A stretch of DNA of 64,000 bases from Collinsella sp. (GTDB taxonomy: Bacteria > Actinomycetota > Coriobacteriia > Coriobacteriales > Coriobacteriaceae), in the NCBI GenBank assembly GCA_019419425.1, contig DXZZ01000002.1, forward strand, positions 5,526-69,525, read 5' to 3'. Position numbers and translations under genes: made by a program. This document shows positions 16,926 to 27,157 of the stretch, piece by piece. The notes under the pieces were generated by a model. The model was not told the DNA's origin. It worked only from the letters and a program-made list of their open reading frames with translations, and did not search any database. The number at the start of each line of letters is the position of its first letter. The stretch's first letter is position 1.

Positions 16926-19900
16926 ATGGCTACGTGGGAGCTGAACTGCCAATCGAATCCGTCGTCTGCGGGCGACAAGGAGCTTGCTCCCTATCTTGCG
17001 CGCCAAAAGGCGATGCGCGAGTTTTTTGAGCGTGCGCTGTTTGCCCCCAAGGACCAGGACAACAACGGCCTGTACTTTTTGGGCGCCACGACGGGCTCGG
17101 GTAAAAACTACACGGCCGAGCAGGTCACGGCCGATCTAATTGCCGGCGGCTGGGATGAGTCGGGGTGTTTTAACAAATGCCCCGGCCGCCGTACCTTGGT
17201 GTTTGTGGTGCCGGGCAAGGACAACCGCGACAACTATGTTGCAAACGTGCGCCAACTGCTGGTTGATCAGGGTATGGATTCCAAAGATGCGGCGCGCATG
17301 GTGTTCGATCTTCCGCGCGCGGGCGAGAACATCCTGCATTGGATCGAGGCCACCCGCGGCAAGGGTGCCGTGGGTGTGCGCAAAATTCCGTGTCCCATCG
17401 AAGCAGATGACGAGCACTCTTATCGCGTCATTAAGCGGGCATGGCGTAACGCTATGGAGGTCGCCGATGACCTTTTGGGCATCCTTGACACAAGGAGACG
17501 CCTGGGAAGTGTTGTCGATCGTCTGACCCCCAGCCTGCGGGACAAGCTGTCGTTAGCTGATGCGAGCCTGCGTTGGGCAGTGAGTTGCGAGCTTAAAAAC
17601 ATCACGCGTGGCATGGAGATAATCCCTCAGATTTGGCCATCTGCGCTACTCAACGACGAGAGCATGCCGCATGTGATTGCGTGCACGCCTCAAAAGCTCG
17701 TCAACACAATTGATACGGTGACCGGTGCGAGAGTTGTGCTTTTTAATGCGTCAGCCGCCGAGAAGAGCATGTTTATCTTTGACGAAATCGATCATATGAA
17801 GTCCGATATGCTGTCGACGCTGACGGACGACCCCGTGACGTTTCAGCCGGATGAGGTGCTGCGCATCCTTGATCGTCATTTTAACGGCGGCGTGGTGGAC
17901 CCCTTGCTGCTAGGAAATCGAGACCAATGGATGGCGGTCTACACGCACGCTTCCACGTCGGGTGATCACAAGGGGTCGAATGCCGAGAGGAACAGGGTTT
18001 CGCGAGCGAGCGTAAAGGGAGCTGCCGAAGAAATCGCAAAGGATGCCGAGAATATTCAAAAGGCGCTTGCCTCTTGCATTAAGGAGATGAAGCTACGTCT
18101 GCCTTTTGCGCTGTCTGATGAGGCGAAAGAAGGGCAACTCTTCGGTCGACATCTGTTTGGCAGTGACGATATCTCGGTGGACGACAACTCGATAAACCCG
18201 TTGCGTTACAAGCTCAATAAGAACGGTACCCACAATATGATTACGGCTCATGGGGCGAATGGACAGCCAACAGTCAACAAGGCGGTGCGCCGAGCTCGCG
18301 GTATCGTCAGGATGGTGGTGGGTCATCTCGGCCGCTGCGCTGCGCTTATGGACAGCCTGTATTACGGCAGCATTTCGTACAAAGACGATCTTTCGCGCAA
18401 GAACATCATCGATGCGCTGGGCATTAGGAACGATCAGACCAACGAGAAGTATTTTTGGGATTCGTTGATGATGGCGCTGTTCTTTAAGAACCGTAAGAAC
18501 GACGATATTGATGCAGCCGATGACTCGATGTATGCGCGCGGCGTCGGCTACCTGGTGATGGAAACCACGCTCGACCACATGTTTACCACGCACCTAACCA
18601 GCCATGGCATTGAGCGCATGCCCGAGGCGTACTTGGCCTCCATTGCTGCCAATGCACCCTGCGTGTGCATGAGCGCAACTTGGAGCGCATCGACCGTAAA
18701 GAACTTTAACCTGGATTACCTCGATGAGGTTCACGGCGTGGTCCGCAAGGATACGTGGATTGGCGAGCTCAACCAAGAGATCGTGCGACAGACCAAGCTG
18801 TTTAACAAGCAGGCGGCAAAGACGTACGACGTTGACGTTGCTTGGGTTGACGAAGACAAGAATCTTGCCGGTATGGCTGCGTTGGCCGGCGGCGCCTTTG
18901 GTGGGGCCATCGTATCGCCCGACGAGACGTACGAGCGCGTGATGGAGTTCTTTGACCAGGTCGGCGTAAGTGAAGGGCTTGCGGTGCGTCTGCGTTTAAA
19001 GATCGCCGACAGGGTGGGCACAAGCGACGTCAAGAGCATCGAGTTTGAATTGAAGCGTCTAAGCAAGACACTCGTTGCCGTGAGCACCTGGGCACGTGGC
19101 GTTGCACGCAACGAGCATCAGGCAGGAGCCATCTTTACGACGCGCCACATGGGAAACCATGGCGACTTTAATAGCTTGGCGCTGGACCTTGCCCGAGAAA
19201 TCGTTGCCGAGCTGGTGATTCGGAACGTTAAGTGCCCCGAGGCGTCGTACGAGGAGTCGCTCAAGGAGGCCAAGGGTATGGTGCCGTGCTTTAACGCTGC
19301 AGAATGGGATATCGGTTGGGGTGACGCTCAAAACCGTCTCGAGATGGGCCGGCCAACCCTTATGCTCATCAATTTGTCGGCCGGTGGCTTTTCCAAGAAT
19401 CTTAAATACAAGGTACCGGAAAGTTTGTGTCGCACGGTACGACAGGTTGATTGCGGCTTCGAGGATGCCGACCGCCGTCCCAAGATGGACCTGGACTTTC
19501 TGTACATTGAGTCGCCTACGAGCCGTCTGACGTCGGAAGTCGAGATTAGCTCGGCGACGTTTGTTCAGCAGGCGTTGACAGGTGTGGTTGAACAGGAAGA
19601 GCTGGTGGCGCGCGGAGAGGTCCCGTTTACCGAAAAGCGTCATAACGTACGGCTGCTGCTGTCTGGCACCAAACGGAATCTGCCGGTTCGCAATACCCTC
19701 TCTTATCAGGTCGAAGGTGCTCGCATTGTGGCGCAGGCCGTGGGCCGCCTGATGCGCACGAGCGTAAAGATGCCGCACGTGCAGGTAATGCTCGACCGCA
19801 AAATCGCCGGCGATTGCGACTTTTCGTTCCTGCACGATTTGCCGATGGGCTACGAGCTGGAGCAGGTTGTTGGCGCCTGTGCGGCTGTCAACAACCACAT

Positions 19901-20858
19901 GGCAGACAAGAAGCAGCACGCTGCTAACAAACAGCAGAACCTTGCTGCCTTTAGGAACAACCTGGCAAAAGAGAAGCACGAAAAGCTGGCATGGAAGGTT
20001 GCCTCCCTCGATGCGCGCGAGGAAGATCTTGCCGCCTTTGACGATGAACGCGACTTCTATCTGCATCATTTCTGCCTGCCGTGGGAAGAGCTTGCGAGCT
20101 ATCCGGCGCGCCGAAGCACCGCGTTGCGCATGCCGTATGCCACGAGCGGTTATGCGTATGCAGAAGGCGGTGCGTGCAAGGTGCCGCACTTTGAGTTTCC
20201 TAACTACGATGGCGAGCCTGTCGAGCAGATTGCCGCCCGTCTGGAGGAGCGCTGTCGCTATAACGAGGGCTTAAAGGGCGCGAAGGTTCGCCAGGTAAGC
20301 CAGATGGCTGCTCGTGTGTCCGAGCTGCTCTCAATTCGCGAGGTGCGCGAGCGCTGGTCGCGCGACGGGGTGCCTACGACGTTGCAGCCGGCGGCGACGG
20401 TGCACATGACGCCCTATATGTTCCAAGCGGTATACCTTGGAGAGCTGGGCGAGTCTGCCGGCAGGGCCATCTTTGAGGCGTATTACGACGGGTGTTATTC
20501 GCTTACTCGTGGTGATGCGGCCCATGCCGAGACAGGCGGCGATTTTGAGGTGCTCGATGCCGCCGGCAACAAGACCGGGGTGTGGATCGACTTTAAGCAC
20601 TATCGTATCGGCGCCTATGAGGCCTACAGGCGCAACGGCGGCGATGCCACGGATGCCGAGCGCTTTAAGGCCAAGGCCCAAAAAGTTGGGGCGAAGCGCC
20701 TGTTGATCGTCAATGTTTTGGCCGATGAAGCGGCGCTGGAGCTCCGCCAAAAGACAATCGATGACGAGGGGATGGTGTTCTCCTTCCCGTATATGGCCGC
20801 TGACGGTGCAATCAGCCTGGAGATGATGGAGGCGATCGGCCGTGCAATCGAAGCATAG
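16926..20858 (+). CDS. ddmD: DdmD-like SF2 helicase with C-terminal PD-(D/E)xK nuclease
   Basis: About 1310 aa; Walker A ATTGSGKNY, Walker B FIFDEID, motif III MSAT, motif VI QAVGRLMR; nuclease LGELGE...GDF...WIDFKHY; overlaps the downstream Argonaute-like gene. Confidence 0.82.
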   Translation: MATWELNCQSNPSSAGDKELAPYLARQKAMREFFERALFAPKDQDNNGLYFLGATTGSGKNYTAEQVTADLIAGGWDESGCFNKCPGRRTLVFVVPGKDNRDNYVANVRQLLVDQGMDSKDAARMVFDLPRAGENILHWIEATRGKGAVGVRKIPCPIEADDEHSYRVIKRAWRNAMEVADDLLGILDTRRRLGSVVDRLTPSLRDKLSLADASLRWAVSCELKNITRGMEIIPQIWPSALLNDESMPHVIACTPQKLVNTIDTVTGARVVLFNASAAEKSMFIFDEIDHMKSDMLSTLTDDPVTFQPDEVLRILDRHFNGGVVDPLLLGNRDQWMAVYTHASTSGDHKGSNAERNRVSRASVKGAAEEIAKDAENIQKALASCIKEMKLRLPFALSDEAKEGQLFGRHLFGSDDISVDDNSINPLRYKLNKNGTHNMITAHGANGQPTVNKAVRRARGIVRMVVGHLGRCAALMDSLYYGSISYKDDLSRKNIIDALGIRNDQTNEKYFWDSLMMALFFKNRKNDDIDAADDSMYARGVGYLVMETTLDHMFTTHLTSHGIERMPEAYLASIAANAPCVCMSATWSASTVKNFNLDYLDEVHGVVRKDTWIGELNQEIVRQTKLFNKQAAKTYDVDVAWVDEDKNLAGMAALAGGAFGGAIVSPDETYERVMEFFDQVGVSEGLAVRLRLKIADRVGTSDVKSIEFELKRLSKTLVAVSTWARGVARNEHQAGAIFTTRHMGNHGDFNSLALDLAREIVAELVIRNVKCPEASYEESLKEAKGMVPCFNAAEWDIGWGDAQNRLEMGRPTLMLINLSAGGFSKNLKYKVPESLCRTVRQVDCGFEDADRRPKMDLDFLYIESPTSRLTSEVEISSATFVQQALTGVVEQEELVARGEVPFTEKRHNVRLLLSGTKRNLPVRNTLSYQVEGARIVAQAVGRLMRTSVKMPHVQVMLDRKIAGDCDFSFLHDLPMGYELEQVVGACAAVNNHMADKKQHAANKQQNLAAFRNNLAKEKHEKLAWKVASLDAREEDLAAFDDERDFYLHHFCLPWEELASYPARRSTALRMPYATSGYAYAEGGACKVPHFEFPNYDGEPVEQIAARLEERCRYNEGLKGAKVRQVSQMAARVSELLSIREVRERWSRDGVPTTLQPAATVHMTPYMFQAVYLGELGESAGRAIFEAYYDGCYSLTRGDAAHAETGGDFEVLDAAGNKTGVWIDFKHYRIGAYEAYRRNGGDATDAERFKAKAQKVGAKRLLIVNVLADEAALELRQKTIDDEGMVFSFPYMAADGAISLEMMEAIGRAIEA

Positions 20859-22737
20859 CCAGCCGTGTGGCCTGGGCGACATCGCCGTATCCGAGTTCGA
20901 TTTGCAGCTCGATGCCGCTGCTGCCGAGGAGCGCTACTCGGTCTTTTGGTGCAATGTAGGCGATGCTGGCAAGCATGCCGTGGCGAACTTTATGGCCGAT
21001 GTGTGCCAGACGGGCAAGGTCGTCGCGCTCACGCAGCTTGCCGATAACCGCGTCTTTCTCATGGTCAAGGCGGGCGCGCAGACGGGCGATCTTAATGCCT
21101 CGCTTTATCAGGAGCAGGTGGTTCCGATTAAAACTCATTGGGACGAGCTGGATGATTACGTAGCGTTGCGTCTGCTGTTTAACTCGTGCTCGCAGTTCGA
21201 GGGAATTGAGGACGAAGTTCCCAATGACACCGGGCACCTGTATGTCATTAGCGCCAAGGGTGCCCGCCGCGATGCTGTCGAAAGCGACGGAAGGGGACCT
21301 GCCAAGATCGAAACGGTTGAAATCGTTATCAACGAAGACTGCACCTTCGAACTCAAGATTCGAACGTTTACCAAGCGCCGGGTGCTTATCGGTCGTGCGG
21401 CAGGCGACGAGTTAGAACTCAAGAAGATCAACAGCCAGGTGGGTTACAGGCTGTCGCCTGTGGCTACGGTGGTGCTGGCCCACGGACAAAGTGACGAGTA
21501 CATCCTGCGCCGCGCCAAGGGCGATAAGCCGTCCAAACGTCGCGACCTTACGTTTTCTGCCCAGGCGGAAAAAGTCGCCTATACCAAGAAGGGCATCCTG
21601 TACCGAGAGCTGCAGATTCTTGAGCGTCGGTACAGCGATTTTGCCCAGGTGTCGCTCAGAGAGTATCCGCGTAAGAGCTTCTACGAGGTTTTGAAAAGCG
21701 AGCAATATGACCGCGTGGTTGCGGAACGTTCGGTGGGGCAGCGGGTCGTGGTGTCGTTTGCGCGCAAAGGGCTTGCCGGGGTCGCGCGCAAACTCGCCGA
21801 TCGACTCATCGATACCTCCTGGGATGTGCGCGCGTCGTATGACGGCGGAGTTGTTGATCCGTTGGCTTGGAATCTGGTTGTTGTGCCTAACGAGGTTGCC
21901 GAGAACGATGGCTATGCCCTGCACGCTGGGGTGGTGGAACAGCATGTGACGCCGGATGTGTGCGAGCCGCTGTTTAAGGCGGCGTCGAATGCAAAGGTGC
22001 GCGGCGCACAGGAGGGGATCCTGGGGGCCATGCTCAAAGAGCTGCTGGTTAAGCAAGATGTTGCCGACGGACGGGTGAGGGCGTTTGACCTTGGCTCTTT
22101 TGGCGTTGGGTCGGTGACGGTCTGCGGCGTGGCCAATGTTGCGCGCAGGGAGAAGGATAAGGTTGAGCTAGATGAGCGCCTTGCGACGTTGACGATCGGT
22201 GCGGACGGGGCCATGGACTACGCCTCACATCCGATCGAGGACGGTCCCGTGGACGAGATGGAGCTTGAGCTGCTGACGGCCGAGGGTAAGCTCGACAAGG
22301 ACGCCTATATCTTTGACGTGCGGGCGGGCGGACGCGCTATGCTCGCACGCGTGCGGGATACGGGCTTGACGACCTTCTCTAGCGACTTCGTGAACTTGGT
22401 GCGCGATTACCAGCTTACGGGTAAGGCGGGTCGTAAGAAGGAGTTTTTCGAGAGTTACAACTCGCCCTATTACGGCATTGGAACGTTCGAACGCGCAGGG
22501 ATGACCTGCTACTTTGTCGGCGTCAACAACGGCACCAAAGAGGATGTGGCAACGGCGATCCATGTACGCTCGATTGAGGTGCTCGAAGGTGATGATCTGT
22601 CCGAGCTGCTGGTTCAGCTGGTCAATGTGGGGCTTTCGCGCTACGGAGCTCCCTCCAGGTGGCCGATTCCGGTCAAGTATCTCAACGAGTGCGCTGCGCG
22701 TGAGGGCGCGGTGGGGGATGTCGGTGGCGGCAAGTGA
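20842..22737 (+). CDS. ddmE: DdmE-like divergent prokaryotic Argonaute
   Basis: 631 aa; MID-like EQHVT...MLKELLVKQDV and PIWI-like C-terminus SRYGAPSRWPIPVKYLNE. TKKGIL, RDTG and YFVG blocks are co-linear with Vibrio DdmE as I remember it. Confidence 0.8.
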   Translation: MQSKHSQPCGLGDIAVSEFDLQLDAAAAEERYSVFWCNVGDAGKHAVANFMADVCQTGKVVALTQLADNRVFLMVKAGAQTGDLNASLYQEQVVPIKTHWDELDDYVALRLLFNSCSQFEGIEDEVPNDTGHLYVISAKGARRDAVESDGRGPAKIETVEIVINEDCTFELKIRTFTKRRVLIGRAAGDELELKKINSQVGYRLSPVATVVLAHGQSDEYILRRAKGDKPSKRRDLTFSAQAEKVAYTKKGILYRELQILERRYSDFAQVSLREYPRKSFYEVLKSEQYDRVVAERSVGQRVVVSFARKGLAGVARKLADRLIDTSWDVRASYDGGVVDPLAWNLVVVPNEVAENDGYALHAGVVEQHVTPDVCEPLFKAASNAKVRGAQEGILGAMLKELLVKQDVADGRVRAFDLGSFGVGSVTVCGVANVARREKDKVELDERLATLTIGADGAMDYASHPIEDGPVDEMELELLTAEGKLDKDAYIFDVRAGGRAMLARVRDTGLTTFSSDFVNLVRDYQLTGKAGRKKEFFESYNSPYYGIGTFERAGMTCYFVGVNNGTKEDVATAIHVRSIEVLEGDDLSELLVQLVNVGLSRYGAPSRWPIPVKYLNECAAREGAVGDVGGGK

Positions 22738-22781
22738 TGGTGTCGCGCAATTATCGCTCCTAGAACTTTTTGAAATTATGC

Positions 22782-22810
22782 TTGCATTGTAAAAGGGGAG
22801 AACATATACT
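22782..22810 (+). promoter_or_regulatory. sigma-70-type promoter
   Basis: TTGCAT-N17-TATACT upstream of small ORF 22891. Confidence 0.65.
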
Positions 22811-22890
22811 GCAGCCATAGCACATCAGATGGGGTCTCAAAAAGAGACCAAGCAAATGAGTTTTCAGTTTATGTTAAGAGGTACTTGAGC

Positions 22891-23085
22891 ATGACCAGCA
22901 GAATTTTCCCCCTTTACAACGACAATACCGACCATATCGATCTCAATACCATCTGCGGTTACAGTATTTGTTCTAAGGCCGAGAACTACATGTTTGCTCA
23001 AGATGATTCAGAGCTTAGCTCCGAAGATTATGAGTACATGAATGATATTGAGCGCGAGCGGGAGTATGAGCTCGGCATCCGCTGA
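22891..23085 (+). CDS. small acidic hypothetical protein (64 aa)
   Basis: AAGAGG RBS and its own promoter; start could be TTG 22885. Confidence 0.55.
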   Translation: MTSRIFPLYNDNTDHIDLNTICGYSICSKAENYMFAQDDSELSSEDYEYMNDIEREREYELGIR

Positions 23086-23206
23086 TGGATGTGGGCTTGT
23101 CTCCAACTCCTCCGATTTAATTACCCCGTTATCACCTCTTTTTAGCGGGGCAAGTTAGATCGACTATCTGTGTCAAACAACGGCTCACCGTGGGAAGGAA
23201 TCGGCA

Positions 23207-26200
23207 ATGAGCAAGAACATGAACAAGGACATGAACGGCAAGGCCTTGGGTAAGGCCAGGGCGGCTGGGCGCGTGGCGACGGTTGCTGCGGCGACGATTG
23301 CCATGACGGGCGGCTCGCTGCTGTCGCCTCTGACCGCGGCGGCGCAGGGTGCGGATGGCATTGGCGCCGCGGGCGCAACGGCTGCGGTGATGTCGCCGCT
23401 GACGAGCGCTGCGGCCGCCGGTGCTGGCGTGGGCGCCGTGTCTGTGGCGCAAAAGGTCGCCGATCTGCAGGCTGCAGTTGATGCGGCGCGCGCCAAGGCT
23501 GCTACCGCCAAGGCCGATCTGGAAGCGGCTGCTGCTCCCTACGATGCTGCCGCCGTCAACCAGCAGCAGGCGCAGGGTGCCTATGACGCGGCTTGCGATG
23601 CGAGCAAGAGCGCGGCTTCTGCTGCCTCGGCCGAGCTGGAAAAGCAGATGGGTGCCGCGCAGGATAAGGCCGATCTTGACGTCAAGGCGCTTGAGGACGC
23701 TCGGGCTGCGCTTGATGCCGCCAAGAGGAGCCTGACGGACAAGGACGAAGCCCTGGCTGTCGCCCAGAAGGCGGCTGCCGATGCCCAGTCTGCGTTTGAG
23801 GCCGCACAGGCTGCTGCATCCGATGCCACGCCCGAGGCCGTAGCCGCCGCCCAGGCTGCCGCAGAGCAGGCCGCGAGTGATTTGGAGCAGGCAAAGCAGT
23901 CGGCAGCTGATGTGCAGGCTAAGCTCTCGGATGCTCAGGTCGCTGCTGCTGACGCCGCTGCCAAGCGGCAGGACGCACAGGGCAAGCTTTCGACAGCTCA
24001 GCAGGCAAAGGCCGCGGCAGATGCGGATGTGGATGCCGCGCAGGCGAGCTATGACGCGGCCAAGGCCGATCTGGACCGAGCCGAGCAGGGCGCTGCGGGC
24101 CCAGAGTACGAGGCCGCCAAGGCAAAGGTGACCGCTGCGTCCGAGGCGCTAACGGCCGCCAAGGCCACGCAGTCGCAGCGCGAGAGCGAGCTTGCTGCCG
24201 TCGAGCAAGAGGTGGCTGCCGTCGAGGGCGAGGTGCAGGCTGCTCAGCAGACACTCGCCGCTCAGCAACAGGCTGCTGCCGCTACCCAGGCCAAGTTGGA
24301 TGACGCTGCTGCCGCCAAGACGGCAGCCGATGCCGCCCTTGACCAGGCTAAGGCCGATCATGCCTCCGCGCTTACGGAGTTGGCCGATGCCCAGGCCAAG
24401 CTCTCGGCAGCCAAGGACGAGAAAGACGCTGCCGATAAGGCGCTCGATCAAGCGAAGGCCCAAAAGCGGCAGGCCGACCAAGCTGTGGCTCAGGCCCAGG
24501 CCAAGCTCGATGCCGCGCAGGCAACGGCGAACGCATCGGCGGGGAACTACCGCCAGGGTGCTATCGCGTTCTTTAAGAGTGTGGGCGCCGACGATGCGGC
24601 GAATATCATCCTCAACTGCAAACTCGCTAACTACAACAAGGTGGGCGAGGAGGTCGACGCGACAAGTCTGACCAATATGAAGCAGGCGGTCGTGTGGCTC
24701 AAAGCGTGCAACGAGTATCGCGCAAGCGTTGGCCTAGGCGAGCTCAAGGTGACGTATGCCATGATGGCGACTGCCATTGCCGATGCGAACTTCTCGGATA
24801 CGAAAGTCGCGCACGCTCAGCAGTTTAACGTGGGCGAGAATGTGGCGTGGAACTACGGAAGCAATCCGTTTAAGCAGTGGGTCGATCAGGAGAAGGCCAT
24901 CTTTGATGCTGCCGCCGCCTCGCTGGGCGCATCGGGCCTTACGGGAAAGGCCGCTTACGATTTCTATACGGCGCATAGCACCCAGATTGATAACTACGCC
25001 GCACTGCACGGTGGATCAAACCCTTCGGTCGGCCATTACATCAACGTGATCAACCCCGATTACACCGTGACGGGCATGGGCGTTTGCACGCGAGGGACGC
25101 TGTACGGGAGTACACAGGCGCAGACATTTGTATATTCTGGTCAATGGTACAAGCCGTATAACCTCAATCCGATGACGGTTGCTGAGTATGAGGCTGCGTT
25201 GAACGCGTGGTGCGACTCTCTGGCAAATCCCGAGCAAGGCGTGGACGCGGCGCGCAACGAGCTTGCTGCGGCGCAGGGCGTTGCCAACGATGCCGGCAAC
25301 AAGGTGGATGCAGCATCACAGACCGCTGCGGCAAAGCAAGCCCAGGTTGAGCGCGCTGCCGATGACGTTGATACCGCGGCTGCCAAGGCCTCGGAGGCCC
25401 AGGCCGCTGTGGAGCAAAAGCAGGCTGCAGCTGATGCCGCCGTGCGTGCCGTGAGCTATGCCCGCGTCGATTTGAGCGCTGCCAACGCCGCTGTCGCGGC
25501 GGCGCAGGATGCCGTGGCTGCCAAGTCTGGCGAGCTCGACATTGCCAAGGGCAAGGCGGCTGCTGCCAAACGCGCGCTGGACGCCGCTCGTACCGGTGTT
25601 GACGAAAAGCAGGATGCACTTGCCGCGGCCCAGGATGAGCTGGCGGCATACTCAGCCGATATCGCCGCTGCTCAGCGTGCGTTTGATGCGGCATCGTCTG
25701 CACTCGAAGACGCTCGTGCCAATCAGCGCGTGGCGGAGGCCGAACTTCTTGCCGCCCAAGGCGATGCCGATCAGGCAGGCATCGGTGCTGCTGCCACTCA
25801 GGCGGAGCTCGATATGGCCCAGCAGGCTGCGAGCGATGCCGACGCCGTCATGGCAACGGCTCAGGCAAAATCTGATGCAGCTGCCGGGCGTGCCTCTCAG
25901 CTTAAGAATGCCGCTGCGGCACTTGCCAGGGCCACAGAGGGCAAAGCCACTGCCGATGTCGCGCTCGATGCTGCGGAGGTGGCCGTGAGCGATGCCGAGT
26001 ACGACGTGGTGGAGGCTGACGATGCCGTGGCGAATGCAACTGCCGCCCGCGATGCCTCTGCCGCCGCGGTTGCCCGCCTGCGCAGCGTCAATCTTGCCGA
26101 AGCTATCGTCAATGGCAGCGCTGACGATGCGGACGAGGCGCTCAATGCCAAAATCGCTGCGGCTCACGATGCCGCCGAGCACGTCGCAGCCGCCAAGGCC

Positions 26201-26557
26201 GAGCTCGATGCCGCCGTGGCTGCGGCGGATGCTGTGGCGCCGGCATACTTGGAGGCGCTTGCAAACTACACCGCCGCCAAGGCCGAGCTCGACCAGGCTA
26301 TTGTCGAGCTCAACGCCGAGATTGCTCGCCAAGAGGCCGCCGAACGCGGGAATGGCGAGCAGGCCCAGCCCGTCACGCAGGTGACGTATCAGGCCAATCA
26401 TGCGGTGGCAACGACTGAGATTGCGACGCAGCAGACGGCGATGCCTACCACGGGCGATGCGTCCGACCTGCTGGGTGAGACCTTCGTAATCGGCGGCACG
26501 GTCCTGGTGGCCGCCGGTGTCTTCCTGTCCGATAAGCGCCGCCAGCTGACCCGTTAG
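23207..26557 (+). CDS. sortase-anchored surface protein: coiled-coil stalk with a central CAP (SCP) domain
   Basis: Signal peptide; Ala/Gln/Asp heptads flanking NEYRASVGL..GENVAW..GHYINVINPDYTVTGMG; C-terminal MPTTG + hydrophobic tail + KRR. Confidence 0.88.
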   Translation: MSKNMNKDMNGKALGKARAAGRVATVAAATIAMTGGSLLSPLTAAAQGADGIGAAGATAAVMSPLTSAAAAGAGVGAVSVAQKVADLQAAVDAARAKAATAKADLEAAAAPYDAAAVNQQQAQGAYDAACDASKSAASAASAELEKQMGAAQDKADLDVKALEDARAALDAAKRSLTDKDEALAVAQKAAADAQSAFEAAQAAASDATPEAVAAAQAAAEQAASDLEQAKQSAADVQAKLSDAQVAAADAAAKRQDAQGKLSTAQQAKAAADADVDAAQASYDAAKADLDRAEQGAAGPEYEAAKAKVTAASEALTAAKATQSQRESELAAVEQEVAAVEGEVQAAQQTLAAQQQAAAATQAKLDDAAAAKTAADAALDQAKADHASALTELADAQAKLSAAKDEKDAADKALDQAKAQKRQADQAVAQAQAKLDAAQATANASAGNYRQGAIAFFKSVGADDAANIILNCKLANYNKVGEEVDATSLTNMKQAVVWLKACNEYRASVGLGELKVTYAMMATAIADANFSDTKVAHAQQFNVGENVAWNYGSNPFKQWVDQEKAIFDAAAASLGASGLTGKAAYDFYTAHSTQIDNYAALHGGSNPSVGHYINVINPDYTVTGMGVCTRGTLYGSTQAQTFVYSGQWYKPYNLNPMTVAEYEAALNAWCDSLANPEQGVDAARNELAAAQGVANDAGNKVDAASQTAAAKQAQVERAADDVDTAAAKASEAQAAVEQKQAAADAAVRAVSYARVDLSAANAAVAAAQDAVAAKSGELDIAKGKAAAAKRALDAARTGVDEKQDALAAAQDELAAYSADIAAAQRAFDAASSALEDARANQRVAEAELLAAQGDADQAGIGAAATQAELDMAQQAASDADAVMATAQAKSDAAAGRASQLKNAAAALARATEGKATADVALDAAEVAVSDAEYDVVEADDAVANATAARDASAAAVARLRSVNLAEAIVNGSADDADEALNAKIAAAHDAAEHVAAAKAELDAAVAAADAVAPAYLEALANYTAAKAELDQAIVELNAEIARQEAAERGNGEQAQPVTQVTYQANHAVATTEIATQQTAMPTTGDASDLLGETFVIGGTVLVAAGVFLSDKRRQLTR

Positions 26558-26662
26558 GGACAGAAGGGGCTGCGGACCATTTTCGGCGCGTACCGTAGGG
26601 GGTGATGAGGCTCCATGCGGCGCGCGCCGCCCTTTTCTTCAAGAGCGATTAAGGAGGGATAT

Positions 26663-27028
26663 ATGCAAATTAGAGGAGAGGCCGCGATCGTCTGCGGATT
26701 CATAGCGGGCCTGGCAACGGGATTGCTGTTCGATGGGTGTTTTGACGGCTATATTAATCGGTTCTGCGATTCTGGTTTTTCGGGAGGCAAGCCTTGGAAA
26801 ACGGCACCGGCTCGTCAAAAGGTGGCCGCGCCCATCGAGCCCCGCAGTGTGGATGTCTCAAAAATCAAGGTAATCGTTACCAAGAACGGCAAGATTTACC
26901 ACCGTTCTACGGGGTGCAAAAGCCTTCCTCAAAACGCCATTAAAACCAGCGTACCATTAGCGGCCGCACTCAAGCGAGGCAAGACGCCCTGCCCAACATG
27001 CTGCCCGCCAACAGTGTGCTCGATCTAG
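26663..27028 (+). CDS. small membrane-anchored protein with Ada-like Zn-binding C-terminal domain
   Basis: RBS AAGGAGG; N-terminal hydrophobic segment; VTKNGKIYH..GC.SL...A..RG.TPCPTC. Confidence 0.7.
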   Translation: MQIRGEAAIVCGFIAGLATGLLFDGCFDGYINRFCDSGFSGGKPWKTAPARQKVAAPIEPRSVDVSKIKVIVTKNGKIYHRSTGCKSLPQNAIKTSVPLAAALKRGKTPCPTCCPPTVCSI

Positions 27029-27157
27029 TTTTTTGGGTGTTTGATCCGTTTGGATGGAAGAACGAGGGGTAAGCCCTAAGGGGTGCGGATGCCGGGGCTG
27101 ATCCGCAATTTCTGCCATCGATTTGTCTAGAGTCGCACAGCACGGAGGTGCCGCTTA

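Noticed and set aside
16926..22737. pPIWI-RE or a Cas3-type system
   Set aside because: The nuclease is fused C-terminally to the helicase, there is no separate REase gene, HD domain or array, and size and motif order fit DdmDE better
4231..23151. Recurring TAGCGGGGC at about 4231, 15626 and 23143
   Set aside because: Too short and GC-rich, and twice it includes a stop codon; not distinguishable from chance
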